Of a stretch of DNA of 64,000 nucleotides, positions 1-11,987 are shown piece after piece. The notes beneath the pieces are model-generated. The model was not told where the DNA came from and ran no database searches. It was given only the letters and a program-made list of their open reading frames with translations. Positions within the stretch are counted from its first letter, which is position 1. Each line of letters starts with the position of its first letter. The DNA is taken from NCBI GenBank assembly GCA_001600815.1, contig BCKZ01000020.1, positions 398,831 through 462,830 on the forward strand, in the 5' to 3' direction. The stretch is from Alloascoidea hylecoeti (taxonomy: Eukaryota). The translations under genes were made by a program, and so were the position numbers.

Positions 1-1166
1 CAAATATTATTAGATTGTGTAAGAAATGAATCTGATGATAAAGATGAAGATATTGATAATGATCTTAAAATAGGTAAGTTTGTAAAAAGTTTTAATAAAT
101 GACTTATAAAAATAATTAATTCTTCAATTGATTCAATTTTTTTAATAATTGTTTCAAAATATTTAAATAAAATTATTGAAAATTGTGTTTTTAAATTTAG
201 TAATTCTAAATCTAATGATGTTTTGAAAAAAGGTTTTGAAATTATTGATGAATCAACAATATTTGAAATTTTTAATCCATTTTTAGGATTTATATCTTCT
301 AAAATATAAATACTTTTAAAATCAATTTCAGGTAATTCACTATAATCTTTTTCAATAAATAAATTAGATCCAAGCTCTTTTATTAAGAATTGTTGTAAAT
401 TACCAGAGAATATTGTTGGAATGATTTTACTTATTGTTAAATGGGTATAAATAAGCGTATTTATTATACTTTTATAATCAGCTGTCGGCGATTTCAAAAT
501 CGTTTCTGAATAAGATAAACGTAAATTTGAAAAATGTTTTAAAATTTCAGAAGTTGATGAATTTGTTAATAGTGAATAAGCTGTAAATAAATTAATTGCA
601 TGATTATCATTTGAAGCAAGTGTAGTTAACAATTTATTAATTCTATTCATTAATTTTCCTTCAATAGCGTTCAATTGTTGAAATAATTGTGAAAACTTCA
701 CATTCGATTCATAATTTTTAAAAACAGTTTTGGTAAAGATAATTAGTTTAACAATACATAATATATTGATTTCATTATCAGATAATGTTAATTGTCTCTG
801 AAATGATCCTAATATTGATATAAAATTTGATATTTGAAAAGAATCTGAAATTTTATATTTATATTGTTTTGCTAAATCTTCATTGAATTTCAAAGGTTTA
901 TTCATGTCCATGATCCATTTATTGTCTGATAATGCAATGTTTGATAACATTTTATGTTCGTCTCGAATTGAATTATTCATCTCAATAATTGTGTCAGCAG
1001 TTGATAATAAATGTCTATATCTTGAGCCAACTAATGTTCTTAAACTCTGCTTCTTTCTGGCTGTTTGCTTCTCAAGATCCTTTTCGATGTTTCGAAGTTC
1101 TGGTATTGAATACTCTTTAAAGAGTTTATTCCATGTTTGATCTAAATAATCGATATTTTCCGTCAT
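1..1166 (-). CDS. COG1: Conserved oligomeric Golgi complex subunit 1 (Vps51/Vps67-type N-terminus); 3' part runs off the window
   Basis: ATG at 1166. Manual translation MTENIDYLDQTWNKLFKEYSIPELRNIEKDLEKQTARKKQSLRTLVGSRYRHLLSTADTIIEM matches the LRxLVGxRYRxLLxTADTIxxM motif of COG1/Vps51. Absent from the ORF track, consistent with its stop lying outside the window. Confidence 0.8.
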   Translation of the reverse strand, partial: MTENIDYLDQTWNKLFKEYSIPELRNIEKDLEKQTARKKQSLRTLVGSRYRHLLSTADTIIEMNNSIRDEHKMLSNIALSDNKWIMDMNKPLKFNEDLAKQYKYKISDSFQISNFISILGSFQRQLTLSDNEINILCIVKLIIFTKTVFKNYESNVKFSQLFQQLNAIEGKLMNRINKLLTTLASNDNHAINLFTAYSLLTNSSTSEILKHFSNLRLSYSETILKSPTADYKSIINTLIYTHLTISKIIPTIFSGNLQQFLIKELGSNLFIEKDYSELPEIDFKSIYILEDINPKNGLKISNIVDSSIISKPFFKTSLDLELLNLKTQFSIILFKYFETIIKKIESIEELIIFISHLLKLFTNLPILRSLSISSSLSSDSFLTQSNNI

Positions 1167-1337
1167 TTTGTAGACTCTAAGATTTCTTGTATTGTTTTGG
1201 AATAAAATTGATTAGGTGTTATCCTTTCATTCGAGATGTATGGAGGTTAATATTACGTCAAATTTACCTCATTCAGCATACCAAATATTAGTATTCTACC
1301 TTGCCAAAATATCTCACAATATTTACAATTATATAAC

Positions 1338-4300
1338 CTATTGCATACATAAATCATGAAGTTCATGAGTTTTAAATAATGTTTTTAATTCTTTAAAAGC
1401 CTCAGTATCATTCAATCCAACAGAATTTGTCTCAATGATCACTCTACTGCATGCTAAATAAGCATTTTCATCTCCTGCCCAACCAAGCAATCCATCATGT
1501 CCTTTTAATCTAATCGTATTTGATAAATACTCAATATCTGAAAGAACTTTCTTTTTAATTATCTCTAGTAAATCAACAGGAATTTCAGATTTAAATTTAA
1601 GTAGTACAGAAGCATATTGTTCATCAAGTTTAATTAAATCGCGATAAAGATTTGATTTTTCGACAATGAAAAGAACTTCATTTGGATGTAAAATGGAGTC
1701 AATTAAATTTTTAGTTGATATGGAGGATGACGATGTATCATTTAATATTTCATTTAATATAGCTTTTGAGAAAAAATCATATCCCAAAACTTCTGGTAAT
1801 TTTTTAATCACTAATTTTTCAATTGATATTGAAGTCAATTGCAAATTTGTTTCTGGGTCTATTTTCAATATTGTTAGAGAGAGAAATGAAGCTGCTTTAT
1901 CTCTGATAAATTCATCATCATCACTAAGGAATAGAAATAAATTTAAATGTGCTTTAATAATTATATCTTTTATAATTGGTGTATAATTATTATTATTATT
2001 TAAATTTATTCCATTTAAAAAATTAATAAGAGATTTTAATGATGATAACCTTGTTGAAAACGGTTTAGTATCATTACTGAATTTTTTAACAATTTTAAAC
2101 CAATGAAGAATCTTATCATTTGCAGTAGTACTGGTAGTAGTAGATGCATTATATGTACCATTTGATAAGATCGATGCTAGTGTTCCAAATGTTTGAAGTG
2201 CTACTTCCCTAACCTCTTCATTTTTATTATTGATAACATTATCAAAAATTAGGTTAAAGAAGCCATTAATGTTATTTTTATATTTCCCGTCAATTGCAAG
2301 AAATTTATCTAATAATTTTAAACAAGGTACTTTAACATAATCCCAGGAATTTTTGAATTCTATAACGTTAACTAATTTAATTAGTAATATATTTAATAAA
2401 TTCTGTGATGATGCTGATAAGGAGAATTTTTCAAAATAATTATCAGAAAATTTCAAAATTATGAATTGTAATTCATATGGATATTTATCCAAATTATTAA
2501 AGTATTTTTCAATATTAATTTTACTTTGAATTTTAGCATCTATTGTAAATTCCAAAATTATTTTTAAAACTTTTGAATAAAGGATTCGTTTAGTTGAATC
2601 AAGACTTTGTAATTGATTATTTAAAAAATCACATTCGTACATTTCATATTCAAACCAATCAATTAATCCTTGTATCAAAATACCATTTTTATAGTTTAAA
2701 AATTCATCTCTATATTTTGAAGAATGTTTGGATTCATATAAAATGTAATCAAGTAATTGAATATAGACGGTAGCAGTAGCAGAACAATCATTCAATATAA
2801 GAAATTCATCAATTTTCAAATATATTGATTTTATTGTTTCTAACTGAACACTTGAAGAATTAAAACTTTCACTAAATGTTTTATTAACATTAATATAATC
2901 AAATCTCATTATTAATTCCTTAATTGCTAATAATGATCCATGTAATTGATTTTGATTCTTAATTGTAGAATTCTGTAATAAATAATTACAATATGAAAAT
3001 AAATCACTATTATTATTATTATTTGTGGAAATTAAAGTAGGTAATGATCTAGCAGCCATTTCTCTGATTTTCCAATTTTTATTTTTTAAACAAATGTTTA
3101 ACAGTGGTTTAAATTCATCTAATTCATCATTATCATTATTATTTGTATGGTTATTATGACTATCATTAGTACTGTGCAATCTTGATAATATTGTTAAAAC
3201 TGGATAAAGTGATTCAACATAATTATCATTTTTATTATTATTCTCATCTAGATAAATTGATAAATTTTTGAGCAATAAATTCCTAATATTTTTAAATTTT
3301 GAGAAAAATAATCTTGCAGGAATTGTTCTTAAAATTAATTTTGAATTTGATTCTTCAGTTGAATTTGAATTTGATATTTTTTTAGTACCAAAGATTTTAT
3401 TTTGTAAAGCCGTAAATAACATAACAGAACAATTTCTAATTGCCCAAATTTCATTTGTAAAATTATTTAATGATAATTTTAAAGAAATTTCTATATAATT
3501 AGTTGATGATTGCGATAATTGTGATTCTATAAATATTGATCTTATACAATTAAATGCATGAACTTGTGGTAAATCTAATTTTTCTTCATCAAAATCATTA
3601 TTGTTATTTCCTTTTATTATTACTGGTTCATTTGCAATTTTTAATAATTCTTGAAATGTATAATCTAATAATGGAGGTGTTGAAAATTTTAATTTTGATT
3701 TTAATTTAAATTCATTTTCTGAACATAAAATTGCAGTTATTAAAAATGGTAAACCTCCAGATCTTCTAGTAATAAATTGTGATTTTTCTTTAATGGTTTT
3801 TAAATTTTCTTTTAACCAAATTTCAGGTTGTTTTGTAATATCATTATTCGAATTAGATTTATAACAGCGATTACAACATTCAACAAAAGTTGGATAAACA
3901 GATGAAAATGCTCCACGATGTTTAATTGTTGATAATTGATCTAAAGTAATATTACCAGATTTAATTACTAATTCATCAGAAAATATTAAATTATTTGGTT
4001 TTGATAGTAATATTAAAACAAGTGATGTTGATTCTTTAATTGCTCTCCATGAATAACTAAGTAATACTTGTGTTATTGGACCATAAAGTTTTTCAACTTG
4101 TTTAATTTTTTCTTTTGAATTTTGATCATTAATTAAATTTTTTGGTAAATTACCTTCTGGAGCATCATCAGATAAGATATCTTTAACAGTGAACCAAATA
4201 TTAAAAGAACAATTTAATAATTTTTCAATTCTTAATTTCCAATCATTAATATTATTTTTAATTGAAATATCATTATAATTAAAATCTTCAAAAATTAATT

Positions 4301-6296
4301 TTAAAGATGTAAAATAACCATGTATTGAATCTTCACAAATTGCTTTCAAAAAATTGGAATTTGCATAATTTATTGAAGTTTCAATTAATCGAATTAATTC
4401 ATCAATCAATAATATATCTCTTCTAACTTTATCATTATTTTTATCTAAATTATGATAAAGGTTAAAGATGAATTTAATAACTTTTGCTCCACCATCACCT
4501 TTCCTTCCTCTTACACCTGAAATTAAAGAAAATGCTCTATCTTTTAATAAATGAATTTGAGAATCGGCATTTAAATTAATTAATGTATTTGAAGACATTG
4601 ATAAAATATTTAAACAAGTTTCTCTAATATCTTCATAATCATTAGTTAAATTATCAATTAATAGTCTAACAATAATTAAATTTTGAAAAATATTTATAGA
4701 TATTGGATTTGTTGAATTATTATTAAGAATTGGATTTGTATTATATTTTTGATGTTTTGTTTCATAGACTTTAGAATCAATGTTATTATCTAAACCAGAT
4801 TTAATTAATAAATTTAATAGATTTAAACCAAAATTAATTCTTAAATATGTTGAACCTGGTCTTAATTGAATTTCAATAAATTTTAAAATCCAATTTATAA
4901 AATCTTTAATTTCATTAACTTGTTTAATTAAATTATCTGATTGTTCTTTTAATTTAATAATATCATTTCCATCTCCATTTCCATTTCCAATTTTATCGTA
5001 ATTAATTTTATCATTAATTCTTAATAACAATTTATTGGAATCTCTATTCATTGCATAACAAGAATCTCTAATTCTAAATATCAACTGTCTTGTTAATCCA
5101 AAAAATTCATTTCTAAATTCTAAATCGCTATCAAGTATAAAATCATCAATACAATTTTTAATAATTTCAAATAAATAAGATTTTAATGGTCTTGAAGGTT
5201 TTGAAGTTTTTATAATTATTGAATATGCTCCAATTCTTAAATTATTTAATTTACAGTGTAATAAATTATTAATTAAATCAATTGAAATGATTTTATCATC
5301 ACTATGGAATGGTTCTTCCATAATTGATAAATCTTGACCAATTTTTAAACATCCAATTAATAATGATAAATCATCCTCTGTTGCTGATGATTCGTGATCA
5401 GATTCTTTATTCATTGATTTTATAAATAATTTATAACAATTTGAAGAAACTTTAAAAAGAAGTGGAAGTAAATATATTTCTACATTTCTTCTTAATGATT
5501 TATTCTTAAGCGCTTGCTTAACATTATCACTCCATAAATATAACCATTTTTCTTCATAATTATTAACGTCATTTGATTTATATTCAGAATAAATTGATTT
5601 ATAAAGAGTTACAATTGTTTTACCAGCAGGATTAGCAATTGAATTAATTGACATCAAAGATAAAATATCAATTATATTAAATTGTCGCTGTTCAAGTAGA
5701 AACAAACCACCAACTTCTTTAATTAAAACTTCAAGAATAAAATAAACGACTCTCATTGTTTTTGAAAATTTCAAAATTCTTGTAACCCATTGTTTAAATA
5801 ATTTATCAATATTTAAATTTGATTGTAATTGTAATTGTTTGAAAGTTTTCAATAAATTTATTAATTTAATGAATAATTCTTTTAATGCGTTTCCTAAAGC
5901 AGCACCTGAATCTGTCCAAAAATCACAAATATATTGAAAAAGAAAATCAGAAACATCTTCAAGATTAACAGATTTCAGAACTTCAACACCAAATGCTCCG
6001 GTCACATCAACTTTAACTAATTGATTACATCGTAGTAGCCAAACACTTATTGTATCACAGGCTGTTGTTCTATAAGTTCCTAACCCATTTGCTTCTTTAA
6101 GTGATACAATTAAATGGTTGAAAATATTAATAAAATTGGATAAAATTTCTTCTCTCTCTTCTAGATTGTCATACTTTTGATTTGGCTTTATTCCAACCAA
6201 AGCTGATTTTAATGATACCAAATCATCTTCTGATATTTTTGCAGAGTTGTTCTGTTTGGTTGAGAAGGTCTTCAAAATGTCTCTATAATTTTTCAT
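1338..6296 (-). CDS. TRM732: THADA/Trm732 tRNA (32-2'-O)-methyltransferase regulator (DUF2428, HEAT-like)
   Basis: 1652-aa ORF with DUF2428 motifs SYSWRAIKES, HRGAFSSV, ITRRSGGLPF, PQVHAFNCIR, WAIRNCSVMLFTAL. Confidence 0.92.
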   Translation of the reverse strand: MKNYRDILKTFSTKQNNSAKISEDDLVSLKSALVGIKPNQKYDNLEEREEILSNFINIFNHLIVSLKEANGLGTYRTTACDTISVWLLRCNQLVKVDVTGAFGVEVLKSVNLEDVSDFLFQYICDFWTDSGAALGNALKELFIKLINLLKTFKQLQLQSNLNIDKLFKQWVTRILKFSKTMRVVYFILEVLIKEVGGLFLLEQRQFNIIDILSLMSINSIANPAGKTIVTLYKSIYSEYKSNDVNNYEEKWLYLWSDNVKQALKNKSLRRNVEIYLLPLLFKVSSNCYKLFIKSMNKESDHESSATEDDLSLLIGCLKIGQDLSIMEEPFHSDDKIISIDLINNLLHCKLNNLRIGAYSIIIKTSKPSRPLKSYLFEIIKNCIDDFILDSDLEFRNEFFGLTRQLIFRIRDSCYAMNRDSNKLLLRINDKINYDKIGNGNGDGNDIIKLKEQSDNLIKQVNEIKDFINWILKFIEIQLRPGSTYLRINFGLNLLNLLIKSGLDNNIDSKVYETKHQKYNTNPILNNNSTNPISINIFQNLIIVRLLIDNLTNDYEDIRETCLNILSMSSNTLINLNADSQIHLLKDRAFSLISGVRGRKGDGGAKVIKFIFNLYHNLDKNNDKVRRDILLIDELIRLIETSINYANSNFLKAICEDSIHGYFTSLKLIFEDFNYNDISIKNNINDWKLRIEKLLNCSFNIWFTVKDILSDDAPEGNLPKNLINDQNSKEKIKQVEKLYGPITQVLLSYSWRAIKESTSLVLILLSKPNNLIFSDELVIKSGNITLDQLSTIKHRGAFSSVYPTFVECCNRCYKSNSNNDITKQPEIWLKENLKTIKEKSQFITRRSGGLPFLITAILCSENEFKLKSKLKFSTPPLLDYTFQELLKIANEPVIIKGNNNNDFDEEKLDLPQVHAFNCIRSIFIESQLSQSSTNYIEISLKLSLNNFTNEIWAIRNCSVMLFTALQNKIFGTKKISNSNSTEESNSKLILRTIPARLFFSKFKNIRNLLLKNLSIYLDENNNKNDNYVESLYPVLTILSRLHSTNDSHNNHTNNNDNDELDEFKPLLNICLKNKNWKIREMAARSLPTLISTNNNNNSDLFSYCNYLLQNSTIKNQNQLHGSLLAIKELIMRFDYINVNKTFSESFNSSSVQLETIKSIYLKIDEFLILNDCSATATVYIQLLDYILYESKHSSKYRDEFLNYKNGILIQGLIDWFEYEMYECDFLNNQLQSLDSTKRILYSKVLKIILEFTIDAKIQSKINIEKYFNNLDKYPYELQFIILKFSDNYFEKFSLSASSQNLLNILLIKLVNVIEFKNSWDYVKVPCLKLLDKFLAIDGKYKNNINGFFNLIFDNVINNKNEEVREVALQTFGTLASILSNGTYNASTTTSTTANDKILHWFKIVKKFSNDTKPFSTRLSSLKSLINFLNGINLNNNNNYTPIIKDIIIKAHLNLFLFLSDDDEFIRDKAASFLSLTILKIDPETNLQLTSISIEKLVIKKLPEVLGYDFFSKAILNEILNDTSSSSISTKNLIDSILHPNEVLFIVEKSNLYRDLIKLDEQYASVLLKFKSEIPVDLLEIIKKKVLSDIEYLSNTIRLKGHDGLLGWAGDENAYLACSRVIIETNSVGLNDTEAFKELKTLFKTHELHDLCMQ

Positions 6297-6346
6297 CTGA
6301 TATTTTTTTACAGTTTAACAGAATTTCCACAAATCATACCAGCTTT

Positions 6347-6392
6347 CACGTGTATCACGTGTGATTCATATTAATTAGTGCGCTGACTCAGC
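6347..6392. promoter_or_regulatory. Two CACGTG E-boxes plus a palindromic GCTGACTCAGC (Gcn4/AP-1-like) site in the TRM732/NIPA divergent promoter
   Basis: CACGTG at 6347-6352 and 6356-6361; TGACTCA at 6384-6390; all within a 258-bp divergent intergenic gap. Confidence 0.45.
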
Positions 6393-6554
6393 AATTGCAT
6401 TTTATTATGAAACTCAATGGAGGCTAGATTTTTAGTATGAAAGTGAAACGTTTGGGTGTTTATTCCCCATTTTGAGTGGGCCTGTTTCTCAAACTCACCT
6501 CTTTCCATCTCAATTTTATATTTTAACGACATAAATTAATCGAAGAAGAAAAGT

Positions 6555-7848
6555 ATGATAGAAGATAAATATATTGGCTTGGCCCTCGCCATGTCGTCTT
6601 CTCTGGCAATTGGCACGAGTTTCATTATCACCAAAAAGGGGCTGATGGATGCATCGTCGAGACAAGGATTCGAAGGAGACGGCTTCCAATATTTGAAAAA
6701 CCCTATATGGTGGGCTGGAATGGTGACGATGGCCGTCGGGGAAGTTGCCAATTTTGCTGCCTACACTTTTGCCCCGGCTGTTCTGGTCACTCCACTCGGG
6801 GCATTAAGTGTTATTATTGGGTAAGTGCTAATAATAGATTCACAAACGAAAATATAAAACAAAATAGAAACAAAAACTAACATTTTCTTGAATTAGTGCG
6901 GTTTTAGCTGCTTTGATCTTGAAAGAAGAGCTTGGTGTTTTAGGCAGAATGGGATGCTCTGTATGCTTGATGGGTGCTGTAATCATTGTTCTACATGCAC
7001 CAAGTGATAAAGACCTTAATACTGTTGACGAATTTCTTGGATATGCCCTTCATCCAGCATTCTTCTCTTACGTTTTATTCGTTGGAATATTCGCTCTAAT
7101 AATGATCTACAAAGTCGCTCCAAAATATGGTAAGACGAACCCAATGGTCTATATCTCTATTTGTTCAACTGTTGGCTCCGTGTCCGTGATGGCTATTAAA
7201 GGTTTTGGCGTGGCTTTGAAACTTACATTTGCTGGAAAAAATCAGTTTACACACGCGTCAACTTACCTATTCATAATAGTTGTGGTCGTCTGTATAATGA
7301 CTCAGATGAATTATTTTAATAAAGCATTGGATCAATTTGATACTTCAATAGTTAATCCTCTATATTATGTCTCTTTTACAACAGCAACTTTATGTGCCTC
7401 ATTTTTATTATTCAGAGGTTTCAACACTTCTTCAATAGTTGATATAATATCATTGATTATTGGATTTCTAATAATTTTCTCGGGTGTTTACTTGTTAAAT
7501 ATTGCTAGAAAAGATCCTGATGGTGCATCATTAATTCCTTCAAAAGAAATTGGCTCAATTCCTTTGGATAACATGACTGCAAATGTACAAATTCGAAGAA
7601 GTATTAGTAGTCATTCAAGAAGTTTTAGTTTGGCCTCAAGAGATCTTGATAGACACTCAAGATCTTTTTCAAGTTCAAGAGATATTTTCCATTCTAGAAC
7701 ATCTAACGATATTAGAGATGAAGAGGAAGGACTAGGGTTAACCTCAAGATCTAATTCATATGATATTAACTCACATTCTAATTTGATTACTAATTCTGAT
7801 GAAGATGATGATGGTGAAAATGAATCAATGATAATTAATCGTCGATGA
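6555..7848 (+). CDS. NIPA-family (DUF803) magnesium transporter; exons 6555-6820 and 6897-7848
   Basis: Motifs [47 protein letters not shown]. Intron 6821-6896 (GTAAGT...ACTAAC...TAG) joins the two track ORFs in frame ([13 protein letters not shown]). Confidence 0.93.
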
Positions 7849-8572
7849 TAACTAATTATTTGATGATTATTATTATTTTGTCTCCATTTAAACATTGTCT
7901 CATATGCAATACTCTTGATCAACCATTCAGTTACATTTATTGTACCTTTTATGGTTTGAAAAATGTCTTATCTACAAAAAAGTACGAAAAATTCCTAAAA
8001 TGAAAAAGAAGAAAAAAAAAGAATGTTTCAAAACTACTATTTCATTCATTTTATTTATTATTAGATTATTGTTGATCAATTAACTACCACCCACTATTAC
8101 AATTATTATATATCTTATCATCCCACAAATTGATGATAAATGCTATTGATTTTATACCAGATTATATTTTTAACTACAATTAATAAACAAGTGGATAAAC
8201 CAAACTTGATTTATTATTACTATATTGCTTTATTGTTACTTTCTTATAATATGCTACTATTACTATTATTACTATTACTATTTGTGAGCTTTTTTAACTA
8301 CATATATAAAATATTACTTATGTAGTAATAATGATTCCTCTATTCAATTACAATTTTCATGATTCTCCAGGTCAGGATTAGTTTTAGATGAGTTATGCAA
8401 AATTTATAGAAGAATGTAATATTAACAAATAGATAGATAGATAGATAGAGTTATAAATAAATAACACACTCAAATACATCAACTGTAGAATGTTAGTCCT
8501 AGCTATCAATGTATCTTATTATAAAGTTTTAAATTTTCCTGTTTTCACTTAAGTTTTTCATTTAATTATTAT

Positions 8573-9514
8573 TTAAATATCATCGATATCTAAAGCATCT
8601 AACTTCTTAGGGCTATCATCTTCCTCATCACTATTGCCAAATTCAAAATTAACATCTTCTTCATCTTCACCACCAAAAGTATCAGTTTCATTAATCTTTG
8701 CATTTTCAGGTAGTTCACCTAATGTTTTTAAAGCTCTTGCTTCATCAGGTATATATTTTTGTAAAACATCACATTGTTCCTCCTGAAAATCACGTAATGA
8801 AACCAATATAATATCACCTTGAGTAATCCATGACTTCTTTCTTAATTTACCTCTAATATGGGCTTTTCTTTTGATTCCATCAAAACACATTACTTCAATT
8901 CTTAAATTTCCGAGAATTTTAAGAACTTGAGCGTATTCTATTAAGAAAAAAAGAGTGGTTAATAATCATAATGGTATGTTAGTTTTATATATAATTATTT
9001 TATTTACCTTGTCCTTCTTCTTTTAAAACAAGTTCACGTTTTTGACGTTCATTTTCATTCTTTCCTCTACGGCGATTCTAAAAAAGGCATCATTTATTGA
9101 TTAATAATCTGTTTCTAGAGTAGTATAACCAGTCTTTTATTTTTGTGCTCTTTTCGACGTCGTTCACCGATATATTAAAAAAATTAAACAACGTTTGATT
9201 TTCCATGAAATAACACTTACTTTACCACCCTAAAAAAACAATCTGTTAGTAATCTACAAATCATCATATAATCAAAATTATTAAGGTGTGGCTAATATTT
9301 ATGTGGCTAAATTTGATGTATTTTTATACAACTGTTCACTCCCTAATAAGGTAGATCATATTAGAAATAAGTCTACCCTTGAAAAGACCCAATTATTCAG
9401 AGTTGTCTATTTCTTCTCATTTCTATATGAAAACCACCACATTCATTACCATCACCCCTTAATTATAAAAGTGTAACTGTAAAAAAAACTTACTTTTCCC
9501 TTATTTTTTGGCAT
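8573..9514 (-). CDS. TIF11: Translation initiation factor eIF1A; exons 9514-9494, 9229-9221, 9077-9008, 8937-8573
   Basis: Spliced translation [68 protein letters not shown]...DIDDI; three GT-AG introns keep the frame. Confidence 0.95.
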
Positions 9515-9662
9515 TTTTTTTATGAGTCTAAAAGAGTGAAAAAAAAAAGAAGATGGAAGAAAATTAAAAATTATTTAAAGAAACTTAAATTTCAGTATTA
9601 CGTAATACATTAAAATAATTATATACTGGTTAACATATTTGACATTTATAATTATCATTTTA

Positions 9663-11597
9663 TTATATTAATTCTTTGAGATAATGATATTCTATTTCCC
9701 CTCCAAATTTCCCATTCTCATTTTTTAATTTCTTATTTGCTGTTGATTCAAGACCATCAGATACTAATTTTCTTTTAAAGTTCTTTTGAACAGATAATGG
9801 TCCATTAATTTCTGCGTCAAGTTCGCTATACTCTAATGAATCTGATTTCGAACCAATTGATATAACAAGTTGTAAATATGTGTTTACTATATCTTTAATT
9901 GTCCGCTGTGGAATACTTGTATGTTCTAATATTCTTTTAACAAGAGCTCTTAGTAATTCGAGTTGTGTCTCATTAGTATTGTTATTAACATTTCTTGAAT
10001 AAATGGAATTTTCTTTTTCAAATTGAAAATAAGATGTCCAGAAATAAGTTGAAGTAACATTGAAATCTCGTCGACAATATTTTTGAAAAATATCTCTTGC
10101 TAAAATTATATTGTTTTCATTTTTCCAATATATTTTAGCAGCTTCGGCAGATAAAACACCGGCTATTTGATCAGTCACATAGTTAACTAAATAACCATTA
10201 CTGTCATCATTACTATTACTGTCTTTATTATCTTTGTCATTCTCATTCTCACTTGGAAGTTTGAAATCTTTAGTTCCTTTACTTGAATGTTGTTTTATTA
10301 ATGAATTGCAAAATTGTATAGCTGTTTCTGATCCATGGTACCTTCTTTCAAATTGAATTCGATGTTTCCATGATGTAATCGGTTCAATACCATTTTTCAG
10401 TAATGAATCATAAACATCTTTTGCATATTGAAGCTTGCCCAAACTTTCACAATACAAAGCATATTGATGGCGTATAAAGCAACGCGCCTTGGGTATATAA
10501 ATGGTTACGGCACGATGATATATATTCATCACTTCTTCTGATTTTTCTTTTATCATCATCCACCTAATATATCTCAACCATATCGATTCATAATTCGCAC
10601 AGGGAACCAATGCCCTTTCATACAGAAACCTAATTGATTCAAAAGATCCAACAGATTCTTCATAATTTAAATAATCATTCCAATTTTCTAATTCGGAAGG
10701 TTCTAATGGTGCAGAATGATAATATGGGCGAGTGATTTTAGACTCAAACTTCCATCTCGAATTTGTCCCTTGTTGTGTTGCTGCAAATATTTTTAAATTA
10801 TAGTTAGTAATTTCTTTTCGAATCTCTTCTTCCGTAGGATTTTCATTTCCAAGTCCTTCAAGAATACTCTTCAACGTAATCTCATCATCAATAATCTTTT
10901 CGTTTGAATGTATTTGACTAATACTTAAAAACTTCTCAAAATATCGTGCATATTGATGTAAAGGAATCTTAATCAACTTTAATAAAATCTTTAAAACTTC
11001 TTCACTGTTTGGTGATAATGATTCTTCAAATTCCAAATATTTATCCCAAAATGGATGAGACAAAAAATCTCTTCCACATAAAGATGCACCTCTTTCACAC
11101 AATAATCGAATCTTTGAAATATTATCCCCGTTATATTGAATCGCAAACGTAATATATTGTGTCCATATATCAACTGATATAGGAAATGCAGAAACAGATT
11201 GTTCATATACTTCAATAGCTCCCTCTACACCTGAAAATAAATATTCTGCTTCTGTGTATCTCTTCCAATATCCATATAACAATGGAAATTTTGTTAATAG
11301 ATCCCGAAACACCTTCCTAACAGTATCTTTTGTAGATGGCGAAGAATGTGACGATAATCCGCCTCCTAATTGTTCAGTAGCCTGGACCAATTGGTCCCAT
11401 AAAGACATATTATCTGGGTCGAGGGACTAATAAAAAAAATAAAAGTAAGTTATCTTATACTTTATTATTATGTATCAAAGTAAACATACCAATGCAGAGT
11501 TTATCGGGGACCAGTCCAGACGGGGGTCACTGGAAGCAACGATGGGGACCGGTGGAAGAGAACTGCTCCCTTCATTGGAATTGTGGTACGATGACAT
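9663..11597 (-). CDS. PRP39: U1 snRNP HAT-repeat protein Prp39; exons 11597-11490 and 11426-9663
   Basis: Motifs KFPLLYGYWKRY, GRDFLSHPFWDKYLEFE, IPLHQYARYFE, ERALVPCANY. Phase-0 intron 11489-11427 (GTATGT...TAG). Confidence 0.9.
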
Positions 11598-11987
11598 TTG
11601 ATTATATTTAGAATCAATTATACCAAAAAAGTAAAAAGCTATCAGGCATTATGGTGTATGGGTGTCTGGCCGACTAAATCGCGTAATATGTGTACTGGTC
11701 TGTATAATACACGCAAGAATTCCAGTTGCACTACATAATTAGTTGTGAAATGAATTTTATATGGAAAAAACTTTTATTGAAATATTTTGTCATAATATAG
11801 CTAAATCAAAATCAAGTATATGGATTATCAACAAAAATTGTAATGAATAAATAAATAATGATTAATTAAATGTGAATTTCATTAATATAGTTAGAATATA
11901 GCTATAGCAAATGTGCGAAAAAAATGAGAAATGCCAACCAAATACAAAATTTTGTAAATGAATCCATCTATTCAAAATGCTTATATT

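Noticed and set aside
883..3498. Short + strand ORFs (883, 1666, 3268)
   Set aside because: Antisense shadows of COG1 and TRM732; the same applies to shadow ORFs in SVF1, NPR3, PEX3, APL4 and the WOPR gene
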